Assembly: GCA_050261575.1 (NCBI GenBank)
Contig: JBLNDL010000011.1
Coordinates: 1,345 to 65,344, forward strand
DNA: 64,000 bases
Reading direction: 5' to 3'
Source of the DNA: Sphingomonadaceae bacterium
GTDB taxonomy: Bacteria; Chloroflexota; UBA6077
This document shows, piece after piece, positions 27,471 to 37,854 of this stretch. The position numbers and the translations under genes are program-made. Each line of letters starts with the position of its first letter. Position 1 is the first letter of the stretch. The notes under the pieces were generated by a model that saw nothing but the letters and a program-made list of their open reading frames with translations, searched no databases and had not been told where the DNA came from.

Positions 27471-28370
27471 ATGCTAAGAGTATTCTCTCAACCGACCCTC
27501 AAGTCGCCCGCCTTGCTGTGCGCCTTCGGCGGCTGGGCCGACGCGGCTTCCGCCGCGACCAGCGCCCTGCGCTACCTGCTGCTGAAGCGGGACGGATACA
27601 GGATCGCCGAGTTCGATCCAGACGCCATCTACGACTACACCACCACGAGGCCGATCACCCTTCTCGACGGGAGGGGAGGACGAACCCTTCAGTGGCCTGA
27701 GCTGGCCTGGACCGCCATCGAGGTCGCCGAATCCCCCCACGACCTGATAGTCCTGCTGGGGCCGGAACCCGATCTGCGGTGGCGCGAGTGCGTGGGCACC
27801 ATCGGGGACTTCGCATCCCGCCTTGGGGTGTGCATGGTGCTGACCTTTGGCGGATTCCTCGCCCAAGTCCACTACGCGGGACCCCCCTCGTTGATGGGCA
27901 TCACCGCCGACCCGCGACTGAAGGCCGAGCTGCTCCAGCTTGGGATAGGGGAGAGCAACTACCAGGGACCCACCGCCTTCGTCACCGCGTTGAGCAGGGA
28001 GGCCGCCAGCCGGGACATTCCCGCGGCATCTCTCTGGATCGCGGCTCCGAGCTACCTTTCCAACACCTCGAACCCAAAGCTGGCCGCAGCGCTCCTGCGG
28101 GCGGCTCAGCACTTGCTGGGCCAGGACCTCTGGCTGCAAGAGCTGGAAGCCGCGGGGCGCGACATGGATCGCCGCATCGAAGACGCCCTTCGGGCGCGTC
28201 CGGACCTGGCCGACTTCCTCGGCAGATTGAGTGGAGAGTCCGAGCCTCGGGCCGAAGCGGCTCCTCAGCCCGAGGAACAGGAGGCCGAGCTTCCAAGCGC
28301 GGAGGAAGTGCTGCGCGACCTGGAAGACCACCTCCGCAGGCTGAAGGGCAACGGCGCGGGGGATTCGTAG
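27471..28370 (+). CDS. PAC2 (proteasome assembly chaperone-like) family protein with an acidic C-terminal tail.
   Basis: PAC2-like N-terminal core (LLCAFGGWADAASAATSAL...). Glu-rich C-terminus. Confidence 0.6.
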   Translation: MLRVFSQPTLKSPALLCAFGGWADAASAATSALRYLLLKRDGYRIAEFDPDAIYDYTTTRPITLLDGRGGRTLQWPELAWTAIEVAESPHDLIVLLGPEPDLRWRECVGTIGDFASRLGVCMVLTFGGFLAQVHYAGPPSLMGITADPRLKAELLQLGIGESNYQGPTAFVTALSREAASRDIPAASLWIAAPSYLSNTSNPKLAAALLRAAQHLLGQDLWLQELEAAGRDMDRRIEDALRARPDLADFLGRLSGESEPRAEAAPQPEEQEAELPSAEEVLRDLEDHLRRLKGNGAGDS

Positions 28371-28519
28371 CGCCTAAACAGCGCGAATTCCCCCATCCGT
28401 GGCGATCCCGCGGCTCGAGGAGCACGGGCTGCCGGCCGGGGCGGCGGTGGTCCACGTCACGACGCAGCCGCCGCCACTCGTGCCGCCCATGGGGACGGAA
28501 TCGCCACGCCCTCGGGCCA

Positions 28520-29797
28520 TCAGGTATGGGCGGTCTCCCTCCTTCGCATCCTCTTAGTCACCCAGAGGAGTATCAACAGCAGCGCCCCCTGGTGGGCAGC
28601 GTTCACCCACGCCGCCAAAGCTGGCTGCATCTGAGCCCAGTCGCTCCTCCCTCCCCACCACAGATAGAGGGTCTGGAAGCTGGTCCAGAAGTAGGCCAGG
28701 TCGACTGCGGAGAAGAGCGCCACGAGCCACAGCGGCGCGGACACCATCGCCAGAAAGGGCATCACCCAGAGGTCGTACTGTGGACTCGTGATCTTACTGG
28801 ACAGGATCACGACCACGACGGCCCCCAATCCGTACTCCCCAACGGTCCGCCCGCCACGCAGCGCGCCCACCAGCACGGCCAGGACCGACGCGGCCGAAAG
28901 GAGCAGGCTGCCCTGGTTGATCGACGGCACCGACCACCCCAGCCTCGCGGTGTGCGCCCACAGAGAGCCGCCGTCCGGAGGTCGAGCACCCTGGAACTCG
29001 AAGAAGTAGAGCCAGCCCTCCCGACTCGCCAGTAGGACCGGGAGGTTCAGCGCCGCGGAGGTGGCCCCGAACACCCCCACTAGCAGAGCAACGCCACGCC
29101 AATCGCGCTCACCTGCCCTCTTCGACACCATCCACAAGAGGAACACGGCTGGAAACAGCTTGGTCCAGACTCCCAAGCTGAGCGCGAGCCCGCTCCAACC
29201 GTCCCTTCGCACTTGGAACAGGTGGAGTGCCAGCAGCACGAATAAGATCGCCAGCAGATCCCAGTTGAGAGAGGCGTAGAGCGCAATGGGCGGCGTGGCG
29301 GCGAGCACCCACAGGCGCGCCGACGGGCTGATCCGGTGGAGCATCCACAGCGATCCCAGGCCCGCGATCGCCAGCCCGGTTCCGGCGGCCAGGAAGTAGC
29401 CACGGGGCCCCGGGGCGAGGGAGGCGAGGTACTGCGAGTACCCCACCAACACCGGGTATTCCAGCTTCGTCTGAACGTAGGGGATGGGGTGAGAGACCAG
29501 ATTCTGCTGCAAGTAGAGGGCAACCAGGTCGGTGTAGGCCAGGTGGCCCCAGGAGTGCAGGTACCAGGCGTCAGGATCGGGATAGAGCAGAAGTCGCCAC
29601 TTCAGCCAGAAGCCCGCGGCCATCGCGATAGCTCCCAGCAACAGGGCGAGCAGCAGCCTGCGAGAGGCCGGCCACGGAGCCGTTGCGGCCCGGCCCACTC
29701 TCGTCGATCGCTTGACCTCACCCACCGATTGCCGGTCCTCCTGTCGAGGATGAGGCGAGCAAGGCCCATACCAGATCCACGAGTTCATCAGCCTCAA
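28520..29797 (-). CDS. Polytopic membrane protein, DUF2029/GT87-like glycosyl(mannosyl)transferase.
   Basis: Ten or more TM helices. Conserved-looking loops (DLLAILFVLLALHLF, WTKLFPAVFLLWMV). Start uncertain. Confidence 0.5.
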   Translation of the reverse strand: MRLMNSWIWYGPCSPHPRQEDRQSVGEVKRSTRVGRAATAPWPASRRLLLALLLGAIAMAAGFWLKWRLLLYPDPDAWYLHSWGHLAYTDLVALYLQQNLVSHPIPYVQTKLEYPVLVGYSQYLASLAPGPRGYFLAAGTGLAIAGLGSLWMLHRISPSARLWVLAATPPIALYASLNWDLLAILFVLLALHLFQVRRDGWSGLALSLGVWTKLFPAVFLLWMVSKRAGERDWRGVALLVGVFGATSAALNLPVLLASREGWLYFFEFQGARPPDGGSLWAHTARLGWSVPSINQGSLLLSAASVLAVLVGALRGGRTVGEYGLGAVVVVILSSKITSPQYDLWVMPFLAMVSAPLWLVALFSAVDLAYFWTSFQTLYLWWGGRSDWAQMQPALAAWVNAAHQGALLLILLWVTKRMRRRETAHT

Positions 29798-30082
29798 CCA
29801 GCCTGTCGTGCCGACACTCCAGCGCCCAGCCAGCCCGCGCCCCCCACCAGGGGGAGGCCGAGGTTCTAGCGATGGCCGAAGGGCATCGGGATTCTGTGTG
29901 AAGACATCCTTCAGCGGGCGTTACCGCGGGTGGCTTCCAGCAGGTGTATTCGGCTCAGGCAGCCTCACTCACCGGAGAGGCGCATGGTTTGCTCGGCGTG
30001 CTCTACCTGGAGATGCCCGCTTAGAGGTACAATCCTACGTGTCGACCAGGCCCGGGAAGAAAGAGAGCTCGAGGAGAAGATC

Positions 30083-30493
30083 GTGAGCGAGCCACAGATT
30101 CTGCGTTTCGAGGAAATCCAAACCGTCGCCAGGGGCGGCGGTGTGAGCACGAAGCCTCTGGCGGGCTCCTGGATAGGCACCCAGGGCTTCACCAGCGGCA
30201 TCACCACCTTTCCGGTAGGGGCAGCGATCAGGCTTCACACCCACAACGTCGAGGAGACGGTCACGATTCTCGAAGGCGAGGCGCTGTGCGAGATCGATGG
30301 GAAGACCTATCAGCTCCAGACGTTGGACACCACCTACGTTCCAGCGAGTGTGCCTCACCGTTTCGTGAACGCCGGCCAGGGCAGAATGCGGATCCTCTGG
30401 ACCTACGCCACCACGTACGTCACCCGCACCTTCGTGGACACGGGCGAGACGGTGGAGCATCTGTCCGGGAACGACCTGGCGGGGGGAAAGTAG
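30083..30493 (+). CDS. Cupin domain protein.
   Basis: Cupin motifs (RLHTHNVEETVTILEGEALCEIDG ... VPASVPHRFVNAG). GTG start with GAGGAGAAG RBS. Confidence 0.6.
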   Translation: MSEPQILRFEEIQTVARGGGVSTKPLAGSWIGTQGFTSGITTFPVGAAIRLHTHNVEETVTILEGEALCEIDGKTYQLQTLDTTYVPASVPHRFVNAGQGRMRILWTYATTYVTRTFVDTGETVEHLSGNDLAGGK

Positions 30494-30664
30494 ATTGACA
30501 CCGCAGCGGCCATCTCGTAAAGTCTCCTCACTAGCAACGAGGTTGTGAGCAACTGCACAGGATGGTTTCTTGGCGGCCGGACGTGGATCCGGCCGCCGTC
30601 GAATCCCAGGCAAGTGCCGAATCCGACGTTGGAGACGTGTCCGACGTGGGTTAGAAAGGGAACG

Positions 30665-31480
30665 GTGGTGACGGAGCGAGAGTCATTCTCTGGTAGCTGG
30701 GCGCTGGTGTTGGGCGGTTCCAGCGGTTTTGGCGCCGCGACGGCGCTGGAGTTAGCCCGCAAAGGGATGAACATCTTCGCGGTGCATCTGGATAGATCCT
30801 CCACGCTGCACAACGCCCAGGCGTTGGCTGCAGAGATCGAGGGCATGGGTCGGCGGGCTCGATTCTTCAACACCAACGCGGCCAATCCGGCCAAGAGGGC
30901 CGAGGTGTTGGACGCCATCGAGGCGAGCCTAGCCGAATCCGGCAGCTCAAAGAAGGTGCGTGTGCTCTTCCATTCACTGGCCTTCGGCACCCTGGGCGAG
31001 TTCATCCCCATGGAGGGCCGCCAGCCCATCTCCCAGTCCCAGATGGAGATGACCCTGGACGTCATGGCCAACAGTCTGGTGTACTGGACGCAGGACCTGG
31101 TAGCTAGGAATCTCTTCGAGCCGGATAGCCGGATCTTCGCAATGACCAGTTCGGGCTCGCACCGAGTCTGGTTCAGCTACGGAGCCGTATCCGCCGCTAA
31201 GGCCGCCCTGGAGGCCCACGTCCGCCAACTGGCCGTCGAACTCGCGGGCCACGGCATCACCGTGAACGCCGTTCGCGCTGGCGTCACGGACACGGCCGCT
31301 CTGCGGAAGATCCCGGGGCACGAGAAGCTGATCCAGGAGGCCAGCTCCCGCAACCCCATGGGGCGGATGACGCGACCCGAGGACGTGGCGGCGGCGGTAG
31401 CGGCGCTGTGCGATCCGGGCACCTACTGGATGACGGGAAACGTGCTGGGCGTCGACGGCGGCGAGGACAACATCGGCTAA
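30665..31480 (+). CDS. fabL: SDR-family enoyl-[ACP] reductase, FabL-like.
   Basis: GGSSGFG dinucleotide motif. Catalytic S...Y..K region (SSGSHRVWFSYGAVSAAKAALEA). C-terminal NAVRAGVTDTAAL...MGRMTRPEDVA closely parallels FabL. Start codon uncertain. Confidence 0.65.
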   Translation: MVTERESFSGSWALVLGGSSGFGAATALELARKGMNIFAVHLDRSSTLHNAQALAAEIEGMGRRARFFNTNAANPAKRAEVLDAIEASLAESGSSKKVRVLFHSLAFGTLGEFIPMEGRQPISQSQMEMTLDVMANSLVYWTQDLVARNLFEPDSRIFAMTSSGSHRVWFSYGAVSAAKAALEAHVRQLAVELAGHGITVNAVRAGVTDTAALRKIPGHEKLIQEASSRNPMGRMTRPEDVAAAVAALCDPGTYWMTGNVLGVDGGEDNIG

Positions 31481-31522
31481 GGAGCGAACCCATCGCCGGT
31501 GCCGCGCCGAGGAGGTGACCGA

Positions 31523-32017
31523 ATGCCGTATAACTGGGCGCAATTGGCCTTCGTGGAAAAGTGGCGGCTCCACGCTGTCCGCGGCCACCTGATCGGCATG
31601 TACCGCCCCGAGGACCGGACCTTCTTCGACCTCCGGCTGCGGCCTGGAGAGGGCGGGGTCGGCCGGATCCCTGGTGTCGTCGAGCTCCACATGGTGGACG
31701 CCGGCGACATCATCCGGGAGAAGAGGCTCACGCTCACCAGCACCGTCGCGGTGGTAGTGCGTGTCGTCGCGGCTGCGGTGTCCCCCTCGCCCGCCGCTCC
31801 CGCCCCTGCGTCCGGGGGGCGAGGCAGAAGATGGTTGGAACCCAACACAACCGTGGATGGCACGGTCCATCATCAGGAGGAAGACGTCCTGCTGGCGGAC
31901 ATCGGCATGCCCGTACTGGTCCAGTTGTCCGACCAGCCCGTGGCCCCTGCCTTCAAGCCCGGCCAGGCCATCCGGATCACGATCGCTGAGACGCCCAAGG
32001 GGTTCCTGGTGGTATAG
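31523..32017 (+). CDS. Hypothetical protein with an Ala/Pro-rich internal linker.
   Basis: Open frame with plausible start MPYNWAQLAF. No recognised domain. Confidence 0.35.
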   Translation: MPYNWAQLAFVEKWRLHAVRGHLIGMYRPEDRTFFDLRLRPGEGGVGRIPGVVELHMVDAGDIIREKRLTLTSTVAVVVRVVAAAVSPSPAAPAPASGGRGRRWLEPNTTVDGTVHHQEEDVLLADIGMPVLVQLSDQPVAPAFKPGQAIRITIAETPKGFLVV

Positions 32018-32085
32018 CGAGCGGGTGCTCGGCGCGCCCGCAGGACGTTACGGCAACCAGGGCCCGACGACGGAGGTATCGACCC

Positions 32086-33099
32086 ATGCGTAACCGTCCC
32101 CTCATAGGGGTGACCATCGGAGACCCTGCCGGTGTGGGGCCGGAGATCGTGGCCTCAGCGCTGGGCGACGAGTCCCTGCACGACATTGCGCGGCTGGTGG
32201 TGATCGGCAGCGACTCCGTCATGAGGAAGGCGCTGGAGCTGGTGGGAGCCGGCCTGAGGGTTCACGCCATCGAGCATCCAGCCCAAGGGGTTTACTCCGC
32301 CGGAACCCTGGACCTAATCGACCTGGGAAACGTGGACTTCGACTCCATCGTGCCGGGGGTTGCCCAGCCCCTGGCAGGCAGGGCGGCTTTCCAGTACGTT
32401 GAAAGGGCGATCGAGTTGGCCATGGCCGGCGCCATCGACGCGTTCGCCACCGCACCGATCAACAAGGAAGCGCTGAAGGCTGGCGGCGTGCCCCATATCG
32501 ATCACACCGAGATGCTGGCGAGGCTGACCAACAGTCCGCACCCGATGACCATGTTCGCTCTGGATAGGATGCGGATCTTCTTCCTCACCCGCCACGTATC
32601 GCTCGCCGAGGCGTGCAGGCAGATAACCGCGGAACTGGTGCTCCAGGGGCTGCGCCGGGTGGACCAGGAGCTTCGGCGCTTGGACATGGCCCGCCCAAGA
32701 ATCGCTGTGGCCGCGCTCAATCCCCACGGCGGAGAGGGTGGGCTCTTCGGAAACGAGGAGGTCCAGCAGATCGCCCCGGCGGTGGCCGCGGCGCGGCGGC
32801 TGGGAATGGACGTGAGCGGGCCCGTCCCCGCCGATTCCGTCTTCTTCCTGAACCGCCAGGGCAAGTTCGACGCCGTCCTCTCCCTTTATCACGACCAGGG
32901 GCACATCGCCGCGAAGACGGTGGACTTCGAACGCACGGTCAGCGTGACGCTCGGCATCCCCTTCCTGCGAACCTCGGTGGATCACGGCACGGCCTTCGAC
33001 ATCGCGTGGAAGGGATTGGCGAGCGCCGTCGGAATGAAGGAGTCCATCAGGGTGGCGGCCGCGTACGCCCCCATCTTCAGGAGGGCATCCTCCGCCTAG
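32086..33099 (+). CDS. PdxA-family NAD-dependent 4-hydroxythreonine-4-phosphate dehydrogenase-like protein.
   Basis: PdxA signatures (IGVTIGDPAGVGPEI ..., HGGEGG, DHGTAFDIAWKG). Confidence 0.75.
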   Translation: MRNRPLIGVTIGDPAGVGPEIVASALGDESLHDIARLVVIGSDSVMRKALELVGAGLRVHAIEHPAQGVYSAGTLDLIDLGNVDFDSIVPGVAQPLAGRAAFQYVERAIELAMAGAIDAFATAPINKEALKAGGVPHIDHTEMLARLTNSPHPMTMFALDRMRIFFLTRHVSLAEACRQITAELVLQGLRRVDQELRRLDMARPRIAVAALNPHGGEGGLFGNEEVQQIAPAVAAARRLGMDVSGPVPADSVFFLNRQGKFDAVLSLYHDQGHIAAKTVDFERTVSVTLGIPFLRTSVDHGTAFDIAWKGLASAVGMKESIRVAAAYAPIFRRASSA

Positions 33100-33400
33100 T
33101 CGTTCCAGGGGGCCGGCCTCACCCGATCCGCGAGAAAGAGCCTTGTGCCCCCCCCGCTGCCATCGGTCCGTGGGGCCGTCCGGCCCCACCGTACGACGAG
33201 TTACTTTGCGGGTGGGAAGCTGCTAGAATGGTGTTGCATCGAGTCGCAGTATACCCTCCCGTCGTCAGGCCGGACTTGCTCCCGCGTACGCTCACTGTGC
33301 ATCGCCACGAAGCTCCTGGGATCCAAGAGCGACGAGGGGAACCGGACTGCGGTCCGAACTGTCGACCGGCCAGAGGCCAAACCAAGTTCAGGAGGAGACC

Positions 33401-34036
33401 TTGGCAGACTACGAAGCGCTTAAGCAAGCCGTGATCGGGGGCAACGCCGGCAGGGTCAAGGAGATGGTCCAGCAGGCCCTGAACGAGGGATCCGCCCCCC
33501 AGGAGATCCTGGACTCCGCCCTGATCCCCGCCATGGACATCGTAGGCGATAAGTTCAGCAAGCAGGAGTTCTACATCCCGGAGATGCTCATCGCCGCCCG
33601 CGCCATGCAGGCCGGCCTCGGCATACTCAAGCCGCTCCTGGCGGCAGGCGGGGGAGCCTCCAGGGGCAAGGTCGTCATCGGTACCGTCAAGGGTGACCTC
33701 CACGACATCGGCAAGAACCTCGTGGCCATGATGCTCCAGGGTGCCGGATTCGACGTCGTCGACCTCGGCGCCGACGTCAAGCCCGCCAGGTTCGTCGAGG
33801 CGGTCCAGTCCGAAAAGCCGGCCTTCGTCATGATGAGCGCCCTCTTGACCACTACCATGCTCTCGATGAAGGAGACCATCGAGGCCCTCAAGGCGGCAGG
33901 ACTGCGTGATGAGGTCAAGGTAGGCATCGGCGGGGCCCCAGTGACCCAGCGCTTCGCCGACGAGATTGGGGCAGACTTCTACGCCCCTGACGCGACCGGC
34001 GCCGTCTCCAGAGCCAAGGACTTCATCGCCGCCTAA
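33401..34036 (+). CDS. Corrinoid (cobalamin-binding) protein of a methyltransferase system (MtaC/MtbC/MtvC-like).
   Basis: N-terminal helical cap plus Rossmann B12-binding domain with the DxHxxG motif (GDLHDIGKN). Confidence 0.8.
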   Translation: MADYEALKQAVIGGNAGRVKEMVQQALNEGSAPQEILDSALIPAMDIVGDKFSKQEFYIPEMLIAARAMQAGLGILKPLLAAGGGASRGKVVIGTVKGDLHDIGKNLVAMMLQGAGFDVVDLGADVKPARFVEAVQSEKPAFVMMSALLTTTMLSMKETIEALKAAGLRDEVKVGIGGAPVTQRFADEIGADFYAPDATGAVSRAKDFIAA

Positions 34037-34465
34037 GCAGGTATCTCCGGTTCATGTCGACTTCCCTCGCTGGAAGCGTGCACTCTATCTAGAGATACCT
34101 GCCTGGGGGCACGGGCAGCACGCAACAGTTGCCGATCCACTATGGGGCGGGGGCACGGCCCTGCCCCATTTCTCCTGGCGCCATCGATCCGGCGATCCTC
34201 TCGTTGCTGGGCTCGATCGCCGTGGCTTCATGCCCTCACGTTCGCGCAACGACATGGACTCATCGACAGTCTTCCCATTTGCCCTCAACCTGTTGCGAGG
34301 CTAGCGGAGGCGCGAGGCAGGATCGAGGATGAGACTGACATCTGGACCAGATTTCGCTTCCAAGGCCGTAAGGTTGGTGGCATAATACGGCAACACCGGA
34401 CGCCGACGGCGTGGTAGGACCCTGAGGACGGGGGTTCCACCCCATTGTGATGAGGGGGAAGTGCG

Positions 34466-36094
34466 ATGTCTCAAGCACGTGATCGAGAACGACCTGTATC
34501 CTCCGCGGACGCGAGAAGCCCGCAGACGCTGCGCTCGTTGTTGACCGAAACCTCCACCTTCGTGCGTGTCGCCGAGCTGGTACCGACCCGAGGTCCCCTG
34601 GTGGAAACCGAAGCGGCGCGAGTCTCCGCCCTGGCAAACGATCTGGCGGGATCGGGGATCGCCCACGCACTCAGCATCACCGACAACGCGGGCGGGGCGC
34701 CCAAGGTCGCCCCAGAGTCGCTCGGGATGCTGCTCCAGGAGCGCAGGCAGCAGGCTATCATCCACCTCTCCTGTAAGGATATGAACCGCTGCGGGCTGGA
34801 GAGTCGCGCCTGGGCGCTGGCGAGCAGCGGCTTCGAGAACATCCTCTGCCTCTCGGGGGATTACCCGGTCGAAGGCTACTGCGGGCAGGCCACTCCGGTC
34901 TTCGACATCGACTCGGTGGGGCTGCTGCAGTTGCTCCACGAGATGAACCTCGGGCTCCGCGTATCGGGCCCGAAGGGAGAGCCAACCACCCTCCGCCCCA
35001 CCAACTTCTTCCTGGGGGCGGCCGTGTCCCCCTTCAAGCAGCAAGAGCGCGAGTTGATGCCCCAGTACTACAAGCTTGCGCGCAAGATTGCGGTCGGTGC
35101 CCAGTTCATCATCACCCAGCTAGGGTACGATTCCCGCAAGTTCGACGAGCTGCTCAGGTACATGGAGATGAAGGGGCTGAACGTCCCGGTTATCGCCAAC
35201 ATCTATCTCCTGTCCCGCGCCGTAGCCCGCTATTTCAACAAGGGGATGGTGGCCGGAGCGGTGTGCAACGATGCCCTCCTGGAACAGTGCGAAAAGCAGT
35301 TCAACTCCCCGGATAAGGGCAAAGCCTTCTTCAGGGAGTTCGCTGCAAAGCAGATCGCCGTCCTAAAGGGGCTGGGCTACCGCGGCGCCTACCTCTCGGG
35401 TCCGAAGGACGCGCAGGAGTTCGCGGCGATCTTCGAGATGGCGGACTCGTTCGGCCCCGACGACTGGAAGCTCTTCGCGAGGGAGATCCAGTTCCCTCAG
35501 CCCGGGGAGTTCTACCTGTTCGAGCGCGATCCGGAGACCGGTCTCAGCTCGTCGCAGATCAATCGGGACTACCTGGCTTCCCTGACTCCTGAGGGACAGC
35601 GCAAGCTCCGCTCAACGGTCCCCGCGTTCTACAAGCTGAGCCGTTTCGTCCACGCCCACTTCTTCGATCCCCAGTCCAGGGGCTTCGCTGCGGCTCGGGG
35701 CCTCTACTCTCGAGTGGAGGGCCACAGGAAGCTGAAGCGTTGGCTGGAGGTGCTCGAACAGGGAGCCAAGATCCCTCTCTACGACTGCCGCAACTGCGGC
35801 GACTGCTCGCTGCCGGATGTGGCCTACCTCTGTCCAGGCTCCCAATGCGCCAAGAACCAGCGAAACGGCCCATGCGGAGGCTCGCATCAGGGCATATGCG
35901 AGGCCAGCGAAAAGGAGTGCATCTGGGCCCGGGCCTACGACCGTCTGAAGCCGTACGGTGAGGCCGAGGCGATGCTGGAGCGCCCCGTCGTCTTCCGAGA
36001 CGGCAAGCTGCGCAACAGCTCCTCCTGGGCCAACACCTTCCTGGGACGCGACCACTTCGCCAAACGGCCGACTGCACACTCCGTACGCCAATGA
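34466..36094 (+). CDS. Methylenetetrahydrofolate reductase fused to a C-terminal MTHFR_C / MetV-like zinc-ribbon domain.
   Basis: N-terminal MTHFR TIM-barrel (FVRVAELVPTRGP ... QFIITQLGYD). C-terminal Cys-rich module CRNCGDCSLPDVAYLCPGSQCAKNQRNGPCGG. Confidence 0.75.
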   Translation: MSQARDRERPVSSADARSPQTLRSLLTETSTFVRVAELVPTRGPLVETEAARVSALANDLAGSGIAHALSITDNAGGAPKVAPESLGMLLQERRQQAIIHLSCKDMNRCGLESRAWALASSGFENILCLSGDYPVEGYCGQATPVFDIDSVGLLQLLHEMNLGLRVSGPKGEPTTLRPTNFFLGAAVSPFKQQERELMPQYYKLARKIAVGAQFIITQLGYDSRKFDELLRYMEMKGLNVPVIANIYLLSRAVARYFNKGMVAGAVCNDALLEQCEKQFNSPDKGKAFFREFAAKQIAVLKGLGYRGAYLSGPKDAQEFAAIFEMADSFGPDDWKLFAREIQFPQPGEFYLFERDPETGLSSSQINRDYLASLTPEGQRKLRSTVPAFYKLSRFVHAHFFDPQSRGFAAARGLYSRVEGHRKLKRWLEVLEQGAKIPLYDCRNCGDCSLPDVAYLCPGSQCAKNQRNGPCGGSHQGICEASEKECIWARAYDRLKPYGEAEAMLERPVVFRDGKLRNSSSWANTFLGRDHFAKRPTAHSVRQ

Positions 36095-36178
36095 TCGCGG
36101 CTTCACTGCTGCGCACCGACGCGGTTTGACCGTGATTCTGCCGCGTGACTATAATCCGATCGGAAAGGATAGCTCCGA

Positions 36179-36850
36179 TTGAAGCCAGCGGTTATCGGCT
36201 GCCAGGCCGTGGAGGCGGAGCTTCGGTCTCTCCTCCCGCCTGGCACCGAGTTCGTAGTACTGGAGCAGGGTCTCCACAGGACCCCGGACCTGCTGCGACA
36301 GGCCCTGCAGAGAGCGATAGACGCCATCGAGGCCGACGAGATCCTGCTCGGCTACGGGCTGTGTGGCAACGGTGTGGTGGGTCTGCGTTCCCCCCGAGCC
36401 CGCTTGGTGGTCCCGCGAGTCGACGACTGCATCTCCCTGCTGCTCGGTTCGTTCGAGAGATATCGAGAGGAGTTCCAGAGGGAACCGGGGACCTACTGGT
36501 TCAGCTACGGCTGGATCGAGCACTCCAAGGACCCCTACAAGGAGTACCAGCGCTGCCTGACCCAGTACGATGAGGAGACGGCGCGCTGGGTTGCCCACGA
36601 GATGATGAAAGGGTACCGGAGAGCGGTCCTCATCGACACTGGGGTGTGTCCCCTGCGGCGACTGCGGGGCTACGCCAAGCAGTTCGCCCGGTTCTTCGGT
36701 CTGGACTACGAGGAGATGACGGGCTCAAGCGACCTCTTGAGAGCACTTACCTCCCCAGAGCAGCGAGGCAGCCAGTTCGTGGTGGTCCAGCCTGGTGAGG
36801 CTATCTCCGCCGATATGTTCGTTCCGGCCTTGGGTACGGCCAACGGGTAA
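36179..36850 (+). CDS. DUF1638 domain protein (frequently linked to corrinoid methyltransferase operons).
   Basis: Whole-length similarity to the DUF1638 architecture (ILLGYGLCGNG ... VDDCISLLLGS). Confidence 0.6.
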   Translation: MKPAVIGCQAVEAELRSLLPPGTEFVVLEQGLHRTPDLLRQALQRAIDAIEADEILLGYGLCGNGVVGLRSPRARLVVPRVDDCISLLLGSFERYREEFQREPGTYWFSYGWIEHSKDPYKEYQRCLTQYDEETARWVAHEMMKGYRRAVLIDTGVCPLRRLRGYAKQFARFFGLDYEEMTGSSDLLRALTSPEQRGSQFVVVQPGEAISADMFVPALGTANG

Positions 36851-36981
36851 GAACGCATGCGCCAGCCACCGAAGCACCAAGACACGAAGATGCACCGAGG
36901 CCAACACCGGGGCTCTCTTCGTGCACCTTCGTGTCCTTCGTGTGTTCGTGGTCACGGCTCCTAGAAAGGTGTTCGGGCATC

Positions 36982-37854
36982 TTGGATAGCCTTCGTAAGC
37001 CCCCCTGGATGATCAAGAGGCTCCCCCCTCACCACGCGATCTCGGAGGTGCGTGCGCTGCTGAGGCGGCAGAGTCTCCACACCGTGTGTGAGAACGCCAT
37101 GTGCCCCAACCTGGGGGAGTGTTTCGCTCGCAAGACCGCGACTTTCCTGATACTCGGCGACGTCTGCACCCGCCACTGCGGGTACTGCGCCATCGCCTCG
37201 GGCCTGCCCTCGCCCCTCGACCCGGGAGAGCCGGCGAGGGTGGCTGACACGGCCGCGAATCTGGGACTCCGCCACGTGGTGGTGACCTCCGTGACCCGAG
37301 ACGACCTTCCGGACGGAGGTGCGGCCCACTTCGCCACCACCATCCGCGAGATCCGCGACCGCCTGCCCAAAGCCATGATCGAGGTGCTGATCCCCGATTT
37401 CGGTGGGTCGGAGCGGGCGCTTGAGTTGGTGTTGGAGGCCGAACCGGACATCCTGAACCACAACGTGGAGACGGTGCCCCGTCTGTTCCCATCCGTCCGC
37501 CCGCAGGGCAGCTATCATCGCTCCCTCGAACTGCTGGCCAGGGCCAAGCGTGGACTGCCTCGAGGCTACACCAAGTCCGGGCTGATGGTAGGACTCGGAG
37601 AGACCGAGGCGGAGGTGGGCAAGGTGATGCAGGACCTGCGCGGGGTGGAGTGCGACATCTTCACCGTTGGGCAGTACCTTCGGCCTTCCAAGTCCCACCT
37701 GGAGGTCAAGGAGTACTACACCCCGGAGGCCTTCAAGCGGATGAAGGTCGAGGGAGAGGCAATGGGCTTCCAGATGGTGGCCTCCGGCCCGTTCGTCCGG
37801 AGTTCCTACAACGCGGATCAATTCCATCCTCAAGGAGCAGCCGTTGATCACTGA
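36982..37854 (+). CDS. lipA: Lipoyl synthase (radical SAM).
   Basis: RKPPWMIKRLP N-terminal segment, CPNLGEC auxiliary cluster, CTRHCGYC radical-SAM motif. Start TTG with AAAGGTG RBS; an upstream ATG at 36931 is also possible. Confidence 0.75.
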   Translation: MDSLRKPPWMIKRLPPHHAISEVRALLRRQSLHTVCENAMCPNLGECFARKTATFLILGDVCTRHCGYCAIASGLPSPLDPGEPARVADTAANLGLRHVVVTSVTRDDLPDGGAAHFATTIREIRDRLPKAMIEVLIPDFGGSERALELVLEAEPDILNHNVETVPRLFPSVRPQGSYHRSLELLARAKRGLPRGYTKSGLMVGLGETEAEVGKVMQDLRGVECDIFTVGQYLRPSKSHLEVKEYYTPEAFKRMKVEGEAMGFQMVASGPFVRSSYNADQFHPQGAAVDH

